A stretch of 63,942 nt of DNA, the filler included, from Globobulimina sp. (taxonomy: Eukaryota), in assembly GCA_003354225.1 (NCBI GenBank). It is 16 parts of 16 records of this genome, joined end to end, with 100 filler letters (N's around TTAATTAATTAA, not from the genome) between each part and the next. Parts side by side here need not be neighbours in the genome. Positions count along the whole stretch, not along the records: positions 12,022 to 15,927 come from PIVH01001905.1; positions 16,028 to 19,933 come from PIVH01001906.1; positions 20,034 to 23,939 come from PIVH01001907.1; positions 24,040 to 27,944 come from PIVH01001908.1; 12 more parts are not named here. One strand, 5' to 3'. This document shows positions 13,554 to 24,143 of the stretch, piece by piece. Each line of letters opens with the position of its first letter. Positions within the stretch are counted from its first letter, which is position 1. Below the pieces are notes generated by a model. That model worked only from the letters and a program-made list of their open reading frames with translations. It did no database searches and was not told the origin of the DNA. Made by a program: the position numbers and the translations under genes.

Positions 13554-14270
13554 ATGGTCGTCGTCAAACGTATTTCGCACAAAGACGCGAAGTTATTGTA
13601 TTGTAAACAAGTTCGTCATGTACTTGTGGAAGCATTTGGTGACAGTAATCTAGAAATGATATTTTTGGAATCTTTATCTGATAATGCGTTTATGGATAAA
13701 TATGTGGATGGATTGGATGACCCTAACGATGTATATTGGTGGTTGGTATTTGAGAATGATATTTGTAATGCGATCAATGTAATGACTGTAGCGATGTGCC
13801 ATGAACCTAATGGCAGTGATTACGTTTTTATATCAAATGTATGCACACAAAAGAAATATAGACGCAAAGGTTATGGACAACTTTTATTCGTTGAGCTGAA
13901 AATAGATTTATTGGAGAGAAACAAATGTGATATTAACTGGATTAAAGGTGATGTACATTCGGACAATCAAAATGCAATAAGATTTTATAAAAAATTGGGA
14001 GCAAAATTACAAGAAGAAAGAAACAAAAAACTTGATCATGATTGGAATTCAGATGATTCTTCAAATTGTATCAAACAAATATATGTTGAATGGCGTGTAT
14101 CAGGCAATGAACAGAGACGATTATTATTAAAACAACTCAATAATCAAAAACAACAATTGATACAACAAATAGCAACTGGGAAATTGTACAATGTGCCAAT
14201 GCAAATCAACAAAATAATATTTGTTGCGTGGATATCTTGTGTACTGCTCATTGTTTATAGAGCAATTTAA
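13554..14270 (+). CDS. GNAT acetyltransferase with a C-terminal membrane anchor
   Basis: FISNVCTQKKYRRKGYG (acetyl-CoA motif A), NQNAIRFYKKLG, hydrophobic tail. Confidence 0.8.
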   Translation: MVVVKRISHKDAKLLYCKQVRHVLVEAFGDSNLEMIFLESLSDNAFMDKYVDGLDDPNDVYWWLVFENDICNAINVMTVAMCHEPNGSDYVFISNVCTQKKYRRKGYGQLLFVELKIDLLERNKCDINWIKGDVHSDNQNAIRFYKKLGAKLQEERNKKLDHDWNSDDSSNCIKQIYVEWRVSGNEQRRLLLKQLNNQKQQLIQQIATGKLYNVPMQINKIIFVAWISCVLLIVYRAI

Positions 14271-14691
14271 ATGCATTTGACTGCGCGCTTAATTTTCTAA
14301 AATTACAAGATCAAAACATGGGTGACATAACGTCCAACGTAGAGGGATTTTGCAGCAGATTATGTGCTGGTAATTGTTTTAAAAGCGATGCAGAAGTTGT
14401 ATGTGTAATTGATTTAATATAATACTCAGTCATATGCAAGATATAAAATATAACTCATTTACAGATAAGAGACGATCTAATCACCACTGGAAACAAAGTA
14501 GCCAATGCAACGTCGGGCGCAATCAATTCTAGTGTTAACACAATAAAATCAGCAACCAGATAATAACTATAAAATCTAAAATATCCTTGCACTCAGAAAC
14601 ACTATTCACGAAACACGCATTTTGTATTTTTTATCAAGACCTTTGCAGTCAAATCATAAGATTATGATTATTCAAAAAGTGGACTAAGTTT

Positions 14692-15251
14692 TCAGTTATT
14701 TGCCGTTCCAACATTCAACTTTTGCTTCTTTGTCTGTGGTTGCTCGTTTGTGCCATTATCCGTTTCTAGCTCTCTCACATTTCGTTTCTTTGACTTCTGT
14801 GCTGTTGCTGGAGCAGACACAGACCCGCTATGTCCAAACTTGTCAGAGAATCCTCCATAATATTGTCCCCAAAATTGTTTACCATATTCGATTCCTACCG
14901 CAATGTTTTTACTTTGCTTACATTGATTCCATATTTCTTGTGCTTGTTCCTCAGTTTTATAGTACAAATCAATTGTAACAGACGAGAATTGCGTATCATT
15001 TAATTTGCTCGTTTTCCCATTGAAATGTTCTGGGAATTCATCACAAAGAAATACCATTGCTCCATTATTCAACAATACTTCTGAATGAAGAATTCGTTTA
15101 TTATCATCGGCCAACTTTTTCCGTACAATTTTGCCACCAAATACATTGCAATAAAAATCGAATGCTTCCTGGCATTTATTGTCTGCAATAAATAAATGCG
15201 GTACGCATGGATTCCATCCATTTCTTCCTCGTTTTTATTATCTTCTGACAT
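14692..15251 (-). pseudogene. PhnB/glyoxalase (VOC)-family gene with a 1-bp frameshift near its 5' end
   Basis: One frame gives PCVPHLFIADNKCQEAFDFYCNVFGG..ILHSEV..VFLCDEFPE..QFWGQYYG..DKFGH. The ATG at 15251 is out of frame by one base at an A-run (~15232). Confidence 0.7.
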
Positions 15252-16139
15252 TGTGTAAAATTAATGATTTTGTATTGCTGATCCATTTTCAAAGAGTTTC
15301 TTCTGTTTTTTGTGTTTTTGCTTTTGAACTTTGAAGGATCAGAGTTTGCGATGAAACCATGCCATTTACACACTTTCTTAATTATGACCACTGTCAATTT
15401 CTCCATTTCAATCGGATTCTGGATATACAATGTCATTCCATCTGTAATCGATCTGCGTTTACAATTTGATCACTATTTTCTGAGGATGCCACAAATACAT
15501 TCACTGTAAAAGCAGCTGCGGTTTCCATTGGTTTGCAAGATTTTATAATTGGGAGTATCTCTTTATATGTCTTTTTAAAACGTTTTCATTTGATATCAGA
15601 GAAAGTTGCTGATGATCCACAATTACTTTCAATTTCTATATAAACGCAGTGTAAACAATATTTTGCTATAAAATAAATTAGACATAAAATTGGATGAATA
15701 TATTGCTGAACATAGTGTGCGATTTAAAGTGAATATAATATTTGTTCGAAGGAATAGCCATTCAAAACATGCAAATCCATTAAAAATAAATACTAAGATA
15801 CATGCGATAATAAATCCAATTTTGAATCCAATTTTGTTGACTTATAATAAAAAATTGCAGCTATTGTAAATCCAACATGTATCAATGAACCTATTCCACT
15901 ACAAATCAGAATTGGCACTGTCCATTGNNNNNNNNNNNNNNNNNNNNNNNNNNNNNNNNNNNNNNNNNNNNTTAATTAATTAANNNNNNNNNNNNNNNNN
16001 NNNNNNNNNNNNNNNNNNNNNNNNNNNAAATTGCTCAAAAATGTGCAAATCACACTTTTTTTGACGACATTTTGAGCAATTTCATCTCACTCAATTCACA
16101 TATATTCGCATTGAGATTTTGTGAGCAAATTATTTTCAG

Positions 16140-16898
16140 AAACACTATAATGTTTTCTTGAGACATTGACTTATTTTCGCTGCAAAATAATATAAAATAC
16201 ATAAACAGAAAGAGGTAACACGTGAAGAGCTATGTTGCCATGGCAACATTTGTAAGGAATGCATTGGGAACTGGATAAAATCCAAGATTTCCGACGAAAA
16301 CATAATACCATTCATCCGCTGTCCCGCCGAAGACTGTGATTATGCCATTCCAATTTATGTCTACTTTGACGCCAAAGTAAAGTTAACAGCGGCGGATTTA
16401 TATAGATTTATCTCCGTATATTGCGAGAAACAGTTGGCGAGGAACAGCAATTGGATCAATTGCAGCAATGCAAAAGGAAAATGTAAATATGGTTTCTTAT
16501 TTGCTTTAAATGAGAATGAGAAACAAGTTAAATGTGAAAATTGTGGAAGCAAACAAACCATTAAAAGGAAGACCGAATTTGATGAAGGATTTAAAGCCAT
16601 GTTGAAATCGGGCAAAATAAGAACTTGCCCAAAATGTAAGTTTGCGCACATGAAAGATAAGGGATTATGCAATGTGTTGCAATGCGGCAAATGTAAGATG
16701 TGGTGGAATTGGAGAACGAGAGAGATGGCCAATACTCAGAAACAGTTGAAACAGCGAGCCAGAGCGAATAGGTCGTTGTGGGAACCGGGAGAGTTGGAAT
16801 ATCAGATGAAATTACAAAGGGATGACCCCGCTGCGTTTCAACATTTATTGGAATCAAATGGTATCAAATATGATGCAAATTATATGCGCGGACAGTAG
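16140..16898 (+). CDS. C-terminal exon of an RBR (RING-IBR-RING) E3 ubiquitin ligase
   Basis: CCHGNICKEC..IRCPAEDC, WINCSNA..C..CENC and RTCPKC..KDKGLCNVLQCGKC. Confidence 0.75.
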
Positions 16899-17113
16899 CA
16901 TATTAACATTTGTATTTTTATTTTTTGTATTGTTTTGAATATGAATTTCAAGTTCAATCTGCATACAGTATGTAGGCATAATTTCTCCTATGACTATATA
17001 GAAAAGAATTAGATTATACGTTACTTGTAAGGTTTTCACAGATTATACTTGTAAGGTTATTTAGTTCACACAGTGGCTGCAGTGCATGAAAAAGTGTAAT
17101 ATGTCAGGATGAG

Positions 17114-17905
17114 TCAATCAGAGTCATGGATTAAGTGAATTTCAACAGGATCATGGTTAAACTGCCCAGCCTCATAACATTGTTGGTAGACAGGGACTTC
17201 CTCCTTCTTATATGGCGTATACGTATACACGTTCTGTGCAGTTGAACTGGCCATGGTTGAAGTGCCAGCATTCATTGAATATTTCATTTCAGCTGGTTTT
17301 TGTGGCTCGGGCTCGTCAGCCAATCTGATATCAAATTCAGGATATCCCCGATTGTACTGTCTCCACAAAGTAATTAATGAAATATCAACATGTTCATACT
17401 TAATGTTATTGTCTTTGGATTCATCATTCTTTTTGTCCGAATTATTGGCAACTATCACATTGCTCGGATTCAATGCATATAGTTTCGAGTAAGTTTTTTT
17501 GATGGTAATAGTTTGTGACACATGCTTGAGAGTGTTAGTATTGTACATATTACGTCTGCCTGGTTTTCCTATATCGCGTAATTTATGGAACCAATCACAA
17601 TGTGATAATGTTATGAGTGGACACGAGAATGATATTAGTCGATCATTAGAGTTAGGAATGTATTCAATCTTTGCTTCATAAAATTGGCTGTTTGTTACTG
17701 TGAAGCAATTCAGGAACCCATCTTTATATGTTTTCGTGTTAAATTTTGGCGATTCATATATCATCAACCCTGTTTTTTCCAATTTTATATTTCTTGTCAT
17801 GATAAATGATTTGTCATTGTGGTACAATTTGAATGATTGAGGTTCCAACTTTGGGTTCCAACTTAATATGGTTACTGTTGGTGTTGTTTGTAAGCATGAA
17901 CCCAT
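17114..17905 (-). CDS. Hypothetical protein with an N-acylation motif (MGSCL)
   Basis: 263-aa intact ORF with an MGxC N-terminus. Confidence 0.55.
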   Translation of the reverse strand: MGSCLQTTPTVTILSWNPKLEPQSFKLYHNDKSFIMTRNIKLEKTGLMIYESPKFNTKTYKDGFLNCFTVTNSQFYEAKIEYIPNSNDRLISFSCPLITLSHCDWFHKLRDIGKPGRRNMYNTNTLKHVSQTITIKKTYSKLYALNPSNVIVANNSDKKNDESKDNNIKYEHVDISLITLWRQYNRGYPEFDIRLADEPEPQKPAEMKYSMNAGTSTMASSTAQNVYTYTPYKKEEVPVYQQCYEAGQFNHDPVEIHLIHDSD

Positions 17906-18059
17906 CTTACAACCTAACTATAAAGTTTTTTTTGAGACAATACGTTCCCAACATTGTTATCGTTTTTGTGATGACTAGTTGTTGAAAAACGAATTAAGGC
18001 TAACTAGTTTGGGTGACTATTCTATACAAAATTATACCATATTATAAAAACGCAAATAA

Positions 18060-19022
18060 TTATTTCTTGCCGACTATGTCTTGATAAATTCCATTTTTTA
18101 TTGTTTTAATCCAAAATTCATAGATGCAACATCTGAACAACAAATAAACGTTTTTACCGTTTTGTGCTGATATTTCGATATACGGCATCTGTTTTTCTTT
18201 AATAAACCTATCCACCACATCCATATCAACCATTGTTTCTGTATCATATTCCTCATTCTCTCTCAAATCACATTTATTGGCTACAACAACACATAAAGGT
18301 TTATCTCCTGCGTTATTTAAAACTTCTTGATACCATTTTTGCATCCAATCAAAAGATGTTTTATCCGTTACATCAAATAATAATATATAAATTTGTAACT
18401 TATTGCGCATTCCACAGCTTTCCATTGCTTTTAAATGGTAGTACCCATTCCCGCCACTGTCATATATTATAACTTTTACATTCTGTAATTTATTGTCAAT
18501 ATGTGGGGCATCATATTGATTTTCATCAACATTCAATGCAAACTTTGTTTGATATACATCTCCGACATATTCGTAAACGTCACCGACATATTCATAAAAG
18601 ATTGTATACAGCGCATTTTTCAGGTTGTCCTTTCCAATAAATGTTGACACCAAACTGGATTTTCCCACTCCTTTTTTCCCAAATACCTTAATTTCAATGC
18701 ATCCATTTTTGTTGGATACATAATGTTTCGTAATATTTTTAATCCATTTCGATGGTACCAGTTTATAACAATTATTTAACGGTGTACAATTATTATGAAT
18801 ATATGTTGTATAGTTTTGGTTATTATGTGATGAATACGTACTGAATGTAAGATATTGCGTTATTATTGACTGCATTTCTGCAAAATTCAAATTATTTTGG
18901 TGTAAATATATCTGCAAAGCTGCTTCATGTTTTGCTGTCCAATGCCATATTGTCTGGAAATATTCAAGTTTGTTATTTGTAACATTGTGTGGAGATAACT
19001 CTGTTGAAGCACAGTTCCCCAT
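18060..19022 (-). CDS. Atypical Ras/Rab-like GTPase with an MGNC N-terminus and an F-box-like helix
   Basis: G1 GKKGVGKSS, G3-like YDSGG, LLFDVTDKTSF, G4 NKCD, G5 EISAQ; no C-terminal CaaX. Confidence 0.8.
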   Translation of the reverse strand: MGNCASTELSPHNVTNNKLEYFQTIWHWTAKHEAALQIYLHQNNLNFAEMQSIITQYLTFSTYSSHNNQNYTTYIHNNCTPLNNCYKLVPSKWIKNITKHYVSNKNGCIEIKVFGKKGVGKSSLVSTFIGKDNLKNALYTIFYEYVGDVYEYVGDVYQTKFALNVDENQYDAPHIDNKLQNVKVIIYDSGGNGYYHLKAMESCGMRNKLQIYILLFDVTDKTSFDWMQKWYQEVLNNAGDKPLCVVVANKCDLRENEEYDTETMVDMDVVDRFIKEKQMPYIEISAQNGKNVYLLFRCCIYEFWIKTIKNGIYQDIVGKK

Positions 19023-19078
19023 ATTTAGGCTAGTTTAAATCTGTAGTACTAAGAGTTTTTTCTGCGTCAGGTTTTAAC

Positions 19079-19828
19079 ATGGCACTGAATATTCAAGTTG
19101 AAATGCAAAACATTGAGTTGGAAAAGACCCGGCATATGAATGGTGTTATTAATTCCAAAGAGATCGGTGCAAAAACAGATATCCTCTCAACAACAGATGA
19201 AAAACAAAATGATACCAAATGCGACATTGGTACGTTTACGTGGCGTCAAACTCGATTACCAAATTTAATATTATACGCATATTTATTTTGGTGGATCTAT
19301 ATAATGTGTGCATTTGGTATTAATTTCGTGAGTTTAAGTGCATGGATAACAGGTCTTATATATTTCTATTCTTTCTACAAAATAAAGCATTGGAAATGAC
19401 ATAATTATACAGCTGCCATATTGGCATCATTTGTGTGCTTCTTTTTAACTGCTGCTGCTTATCAGCGTTAAGTATTTATATTAATCAAACCTTTCCGCCG
19501 CACCGTGTATGTGTTTGTATATTAATATATAGCTCCAGTTTGCGGCAAATATGGATATTTCAAAAATTATGGCAAAATTATTAACTTTTGGTTATGTCCA
19601 TTTTGTGTCTCAACCATCAGTGTTGGTTGTAATGGAGCAAAGGATCAATGTCAATTTTTATTTCCTACTGATCCGATTTTACTGGCCATACATTTGGGCA
19701 CTATGACTGGGATTATTGTAATTGGGCAGATTTATCATCATTGCATCCTCCCCAAAGTGTTAAAAGGTGGAACAAAAGAATTACACAGAACATATTCGTC
19801 ACGATTTTCATCGCGACCGTCTGAATAA
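19079..19828 (+). pseudogene. Multi-pass membrane protein with an in-frame TGA at 19397-19399; intron 19467-19532
   Basis: The hydrophobic frame continues past the TGA (HWK*HNYTAAILASFVCFFL) and, after splicing, to FWLCPFCVSTISV and TAA at 19828. Confidence 0.55.
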
Positions 19829-20033
19829 TGTTTATATGTTTTCATCAAATCATTGCTTTTGTACATATCCAATCGTTCATATTAATTATTATCATTCATC
19901 AACATAGTTAGAAAAAAATTATATTTATATATTNNNNNNNNNNNNNNNNNNNNNNNNNNNNNNNNNNNNNNNNNNNNTTAATTAATTAANNNNNNNNNNN
20001 NNNNNNNNNNNNNNNNNNNNNNNNNNNNNNNNN

Positions 20034-20903
20034 TTCACCTGTACTGTTATCGCGGGCAGCGTGGCCAATTGGTATTTTACGAAAAGAGATGACAAGGGCC
20101 GCAAAGTGAGAGGCGAAGAGGGATTGTCGAAGCATGCCGTCTGTAACTCGTGCTGCAGAACGAGCAGATATCATTTTGGTACCATAATCTATGCCGCATT
20201 GATCATTGCAATCATACAATTCATTCGGTGGTGCGTCCGATATTTGGAAAGAATGTTAAATTCCTCCGGCAAACAACCAAATAAGTTACAAAAGATATTA
20301 TTCAAATTAGTAGATTGCTTATTGTGGTGTTTAGAATGTTGCTTAGATAAAATATCACGCAACGCATTAATATGGGTATCCATATACGGCGATGCTTTTT
20401 GTCCGTCGGTTGCCGGCTCCTTTAAATTGATCTGGACAAATTTAATGAGAGTAGCTGTCATTACCTTTTTTAGCACAATCGTTACAATGTTGGGCAAGAT
20501 CATGATACCATTAATAACCACCGCCATTTGTGCCGCCGTACTATTGTTTGTGCCGCCGTACAGCGAGGAAATATCATCGCCAATATTGCCGTGTCTCATT
20601 ATATTTATTATTTCGATCGCTGTCTCGATGATGTTTTTGACTGTTTATGACACTGCGATTGATACCGTTTTTATGTGTTTCTTAATCGACGAAAAGCAGA
20701 ATAAAAATAGTGGACAACCAATGTTGGCGGATGACGGATTGCGAGAAATTGTACAAAAATATGAAGAAGAATCCAAAAAATTGGCACAAACTGTTCAAAG
20801 AAATAATAATAATAACAAACAACACGCGAAAGTTGTCAATGTTGAAGATAATAAAGGCGATGATGGAAAAGTATTGATTGGCGATACAACTGTTGAAATA
20901 TAA
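20034..20903 (+). CDS. Choline transporter-like protein (SLC44/CTL), 3' part
   Basis: VANWYF, RYHFGT..ALIIAIIQFIR, CLLWCLECCLDKISRNA, YGDAFC and FLTVYDTAIDTVFMCFLIDE. Confidence 0.9.
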   Translation, partial: FTCTVIAGSVANWYFTKRDDKGRKVRGEEGLSKHAVCNSCCRTSRYHFGTIIYAALIIAIIQFIRWCVRYLERMLNSSGKQPNKLQKILFKLVDCLLWCLECCLDKISRNALIWVSIYGDAFCPSVAGSFKLIWTNLMRVAVITFFSTIVTMLGKIMIPLITTAICAAVLLFVPPYSEEISSPILPCLIIFIISIAVSMMFLTVYDTAIDTVFMCFLIDEKQNKNSGQPMLADDGLREIVQKYEEESKKLAQTVQRNNNNNKQHAKVVNVEDNKGDDGKVLIGDTTVEI

Positions 20904-21275
20904 TGTTTTTAATTAATTATTTCTTAATTGCTTCTCTTTAATTTAAATTGCTCAAAACAACCATATTGTTTTTGTTTTTATGGATATAGAATTCCTCGCC
21001 GTCACAATTTATTGGAGAAACCTTTATGTCCGATTCGAATTTGTATATATACTACAAACACAACATATAAATTGATTATGACACTTTTTTTTTACGGTGT
21101 GTGTGAGAAACAAGTTATATTTTGGTTCGATTCGAATGCGATTGGTTCTGCTTCGAATTGCATCTCTGCCACATTCTTGCGGGAGCTTTAAGTTTAAGCA
21201 TCGTATCTATCGACGTATTGCAAGGAATTGCCTGAAATTATTGCTTAATTACGCAGTTTTGACATTTGAGGAAAA

Positions 21276-22632
21276 ATGAACCATGCTGTCAGTAAAAGAC
21301 GATCACAATTATTAGTAAGTGGATACGTTAGAAACTGTAGCACTCAATACATCCATACAGATATTATTAGCATCATTCACGCATTCCATTATTATATTTT
21401 ATTGCTGCTATATTCTATCGGTTACAACAAATCGGGGCAACAAGGAAACGGAGGAAATGAAGATATTAAAAAAATCACAAAAATAAAAACATTTGAAAAA
21501 GAAATACAAAATATTGTTACTGGTGGTGGTGATTATGGTGTATCAGCATATATTTTATTTGATGATGAAACCTATGAATGTTGTGGTGATAATAAAGTGG
21601 GTGTATTAGGTGTTGGGCATTATAATAATATTAATAAATGGCATCAAATGAAAGATATGAAAATAAAAACAATATTTGCTGCACCAAACAGATCAGACCA
21701 TTCATTTTGTATTTCAAACGAGAATAAATTATATGCGGTCGGATGGAATGATAATAATCAATTTGGTATAAAAACAAATGAAAAAAATAATAATCAATGG
21801 ACACCAATTAATACATCATTATCTATTCAAAAAGTAGCAACAACAAGTTGTTATACAACATTTTTAAGTGTTAATGGTAAAATATATGTTGCTGGTTATG
21901 ATTATTTTGGTTGTGGTTGTTTAGGATTGGGTAAATATATTAAATCATCACCAAATATTCAAGAAATTCAAATGAAAATAAAATTTAAGGATATATATTG
22001 TGGATGTTCTCATACCTTAGCAATTGATGATAATTATGGTGTTTGGTCGTGGGGATATGGTGATTGGGGTAGTTTAGGTCATGGAGATTATAATAATAGA
22101 TATTCACCAACAAGAATACAATATTTTATTCAAAACAATATTAAAATTGGTAAAATATGTTGTGGTGGTTGGCATAATATGTTATTATCCTTAAATAACA
22201 AAGTTTTGATCTTTTTGTGTTGTGTTTTGTCTGTCATATACAAATATATTTTAATAAATAAATAAGGTATATTGTTTTGGAGGGAATGGTGAGTATCAAT
22301 GTGGCAATGGTTCAATTAAAACTGTATATTTACCACAACCAAATGAAACATTAAAAAAGCAAACAATTATTGATATTAAATGTGGTGAGTCTCATAATAT
22401 TATTAAAACAGCGGATAATAAATATTATTTATGGGGCAATAATGAATATAATCAATGTTTATATGTATCAACATCAATTTGGTCCTATTTTTCGGATGTA
22501 AAGCCACCAAAACATATTAAGAAACCCTTATTATTTAATTCAAATTATTTTGATAAAGATAAAGAAATACTTGATATTTATCCGGGATATTACGAAACAC
22601 GAATAATAATTGGTACTGACAGTTGGCTTTGA
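21276..22632 (+). CDS. RCC1-repeat paralogue; intron 22203-22266
   Basis: Highly similar to 4312-5643, with the intron at the same position. Confidence 0.85.
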
Positions 22633-22756
22633 TCGATCCGGTTTCTCTTTCTTGACTACAATTAATTTATGAATTTAGATATAGATTAAATATAATTCCA
22701 CTTTTTGAGATAGAAATGAATACTTTTAATTAAGCCACGCTCTTGGCCATGGCATG

Positions 22757-23092
22757 CAAATATGAAGAAATAATAATAATAACAAACAACACGCGAAAGT
22801 TGTCAATGTTGAAGATAATAAAGTCGAGGATGAAAAAGTATTGATTGGCGATACAACTGTTGAAATATAATTGACTTTTTAGGTTCTCACTTCTAAACAC
22901 TTCTTTTGTGATTGACTAAGTTTTTTAAAGGCGCGCACGGTCTGGGCGCTGCCCCTAAATGCTAAATGTAGGTGCAAAAAGCCTGAAAAAACTTAGTCAA
23001 TCACAAAAGAAGTGTTTAGAAGTGTAAACCTAAAAAGTCAAATGTTTTTAATTAATTATTTTTTGCTTCTCTTTAATTTAAATTGCTCAAAA
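22757..23092 (+). repeat. Second copy of the SLC44 3' end and downstream flank (original ~20755-20957), interrupted by a MITE
   Basis: AATAACAAACAACACGCGAAAGTTGTCAATGTTGAAGATAATAAAG..GGCGATACAACTGTTGAAATATAAT and TGCTTCTCTTTAATTTAAATTGCTCAAAAC occur in both places. Confidence 0.85.
22872..23040. mobile_element. 169-bp MITE, family A (TGACTTTTTAGG termini, ~55-bp TIR, AAT target-site duplication)
   Basis: Inverted termini flanked by AAT at 22869-22871 and 23041-23043. The empty site GAAATAT-AAT-GTTTTT is at ~20895-20910. Confidence 0.9.
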
Positions 23093-23939
23093 CTTACGTT
23101 TTTATGCCAGCTTCTTACGGGAACTTCAAGTTTAAGCATCATATCTATCCGCTGGAATAAACGGCGTATTGTGTAGCCGGTCCATATGTGGAAATGTACT
23201 CCATTCATTTGGTTTTGCTTATCCTGTGCCATTAAACGGTGCACTCTCCTCACACCGAAACTGACAACACCAATCATAAGCCGCTGCTGAATATTTACTG
23301 AAATAGCAACAGATAAACCATTTTCCGCTTTTATTCCACCAAAACAAAAAAGCCAGACACACAAATCCATCCACTTCTCTTCCTTCACATTTCTTTCTTG
23401 ATCCCGCAGTATTCCATCCATTCTTAAATATATTGCATGGATTTGATCGGCATTGAAACCAAAATGAGATGCACACAACATATAATTTAGAAAAAATTGT
23501 ATTGCTTTCACAACAAAAGCGTGGTTTGATTGCATGCAAATACAATGCAGATCGTTTAGTAATGATGAATTGGTCAGCAATGATTGCAGCATAATCTTAA
23601 CTCGTTTATTCCGCTGCCTTTGCGCCCTTTGCCCATTGCCGTTGTACCAATTTGTCCTCTTCTTTGACGCACAGCAGAACATAGCGAGGAAAGCCACAGA
23701 ATGTGCATCGTCGTCCAGTTGACGGATCCAATTATTTTGCACGATGCAATTGAGCCAATGCTGCCACACTTGATATCTCAGCAGAAATGTGTCAGTGTCA
23801 TTTTTTTGCAGCACAGCAAATGGCATGGGCTCAGAAACCAACATGTAATGAATTCTAGTAAATTGAGTGATATTCGATTCATTCTGCGATTCTTGTAAAA
23901 TAATCTCTGCGTTCAAACCAGCATCAGTCAAACCATAAT
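23056..23939 (-). CDS. Hypothetical helical protein, 5'-truncated
   Basis: 291-aa open frame. A degraded paralogue of its 3' end (IDTMLKLKAPARMW versus IDMMLKLEVPVRSW) lies at ~20915-21225. Confidence 0.5.
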
Positions 23940-24143
23940 NNNNNNNNNNNNNNNNNNNNNNNNNNNNNNNNNNNNNNNNNNNNTTAATTAATTAANNNNN
24001 NNNNNNNNNNNNNNNNNNNNNNNNNNNNNNNNNNNNNNNTTTGATTTTTGATCATGACATTCTTGCTTGATTACAATATTTAAACATTTTGATTAAAAAC
24101 TAACAAGTTTTTTTTTTGCATGCACCGCTCTAAGAAACTGACC

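Noticed and set aside
16028-16082. Short inverted repeat AAATTGCTCAAAA..TTTTGAGCAATTT
   Set aside because: About 16-bp arms at a contig edge, no direct target duplication and no second copy.
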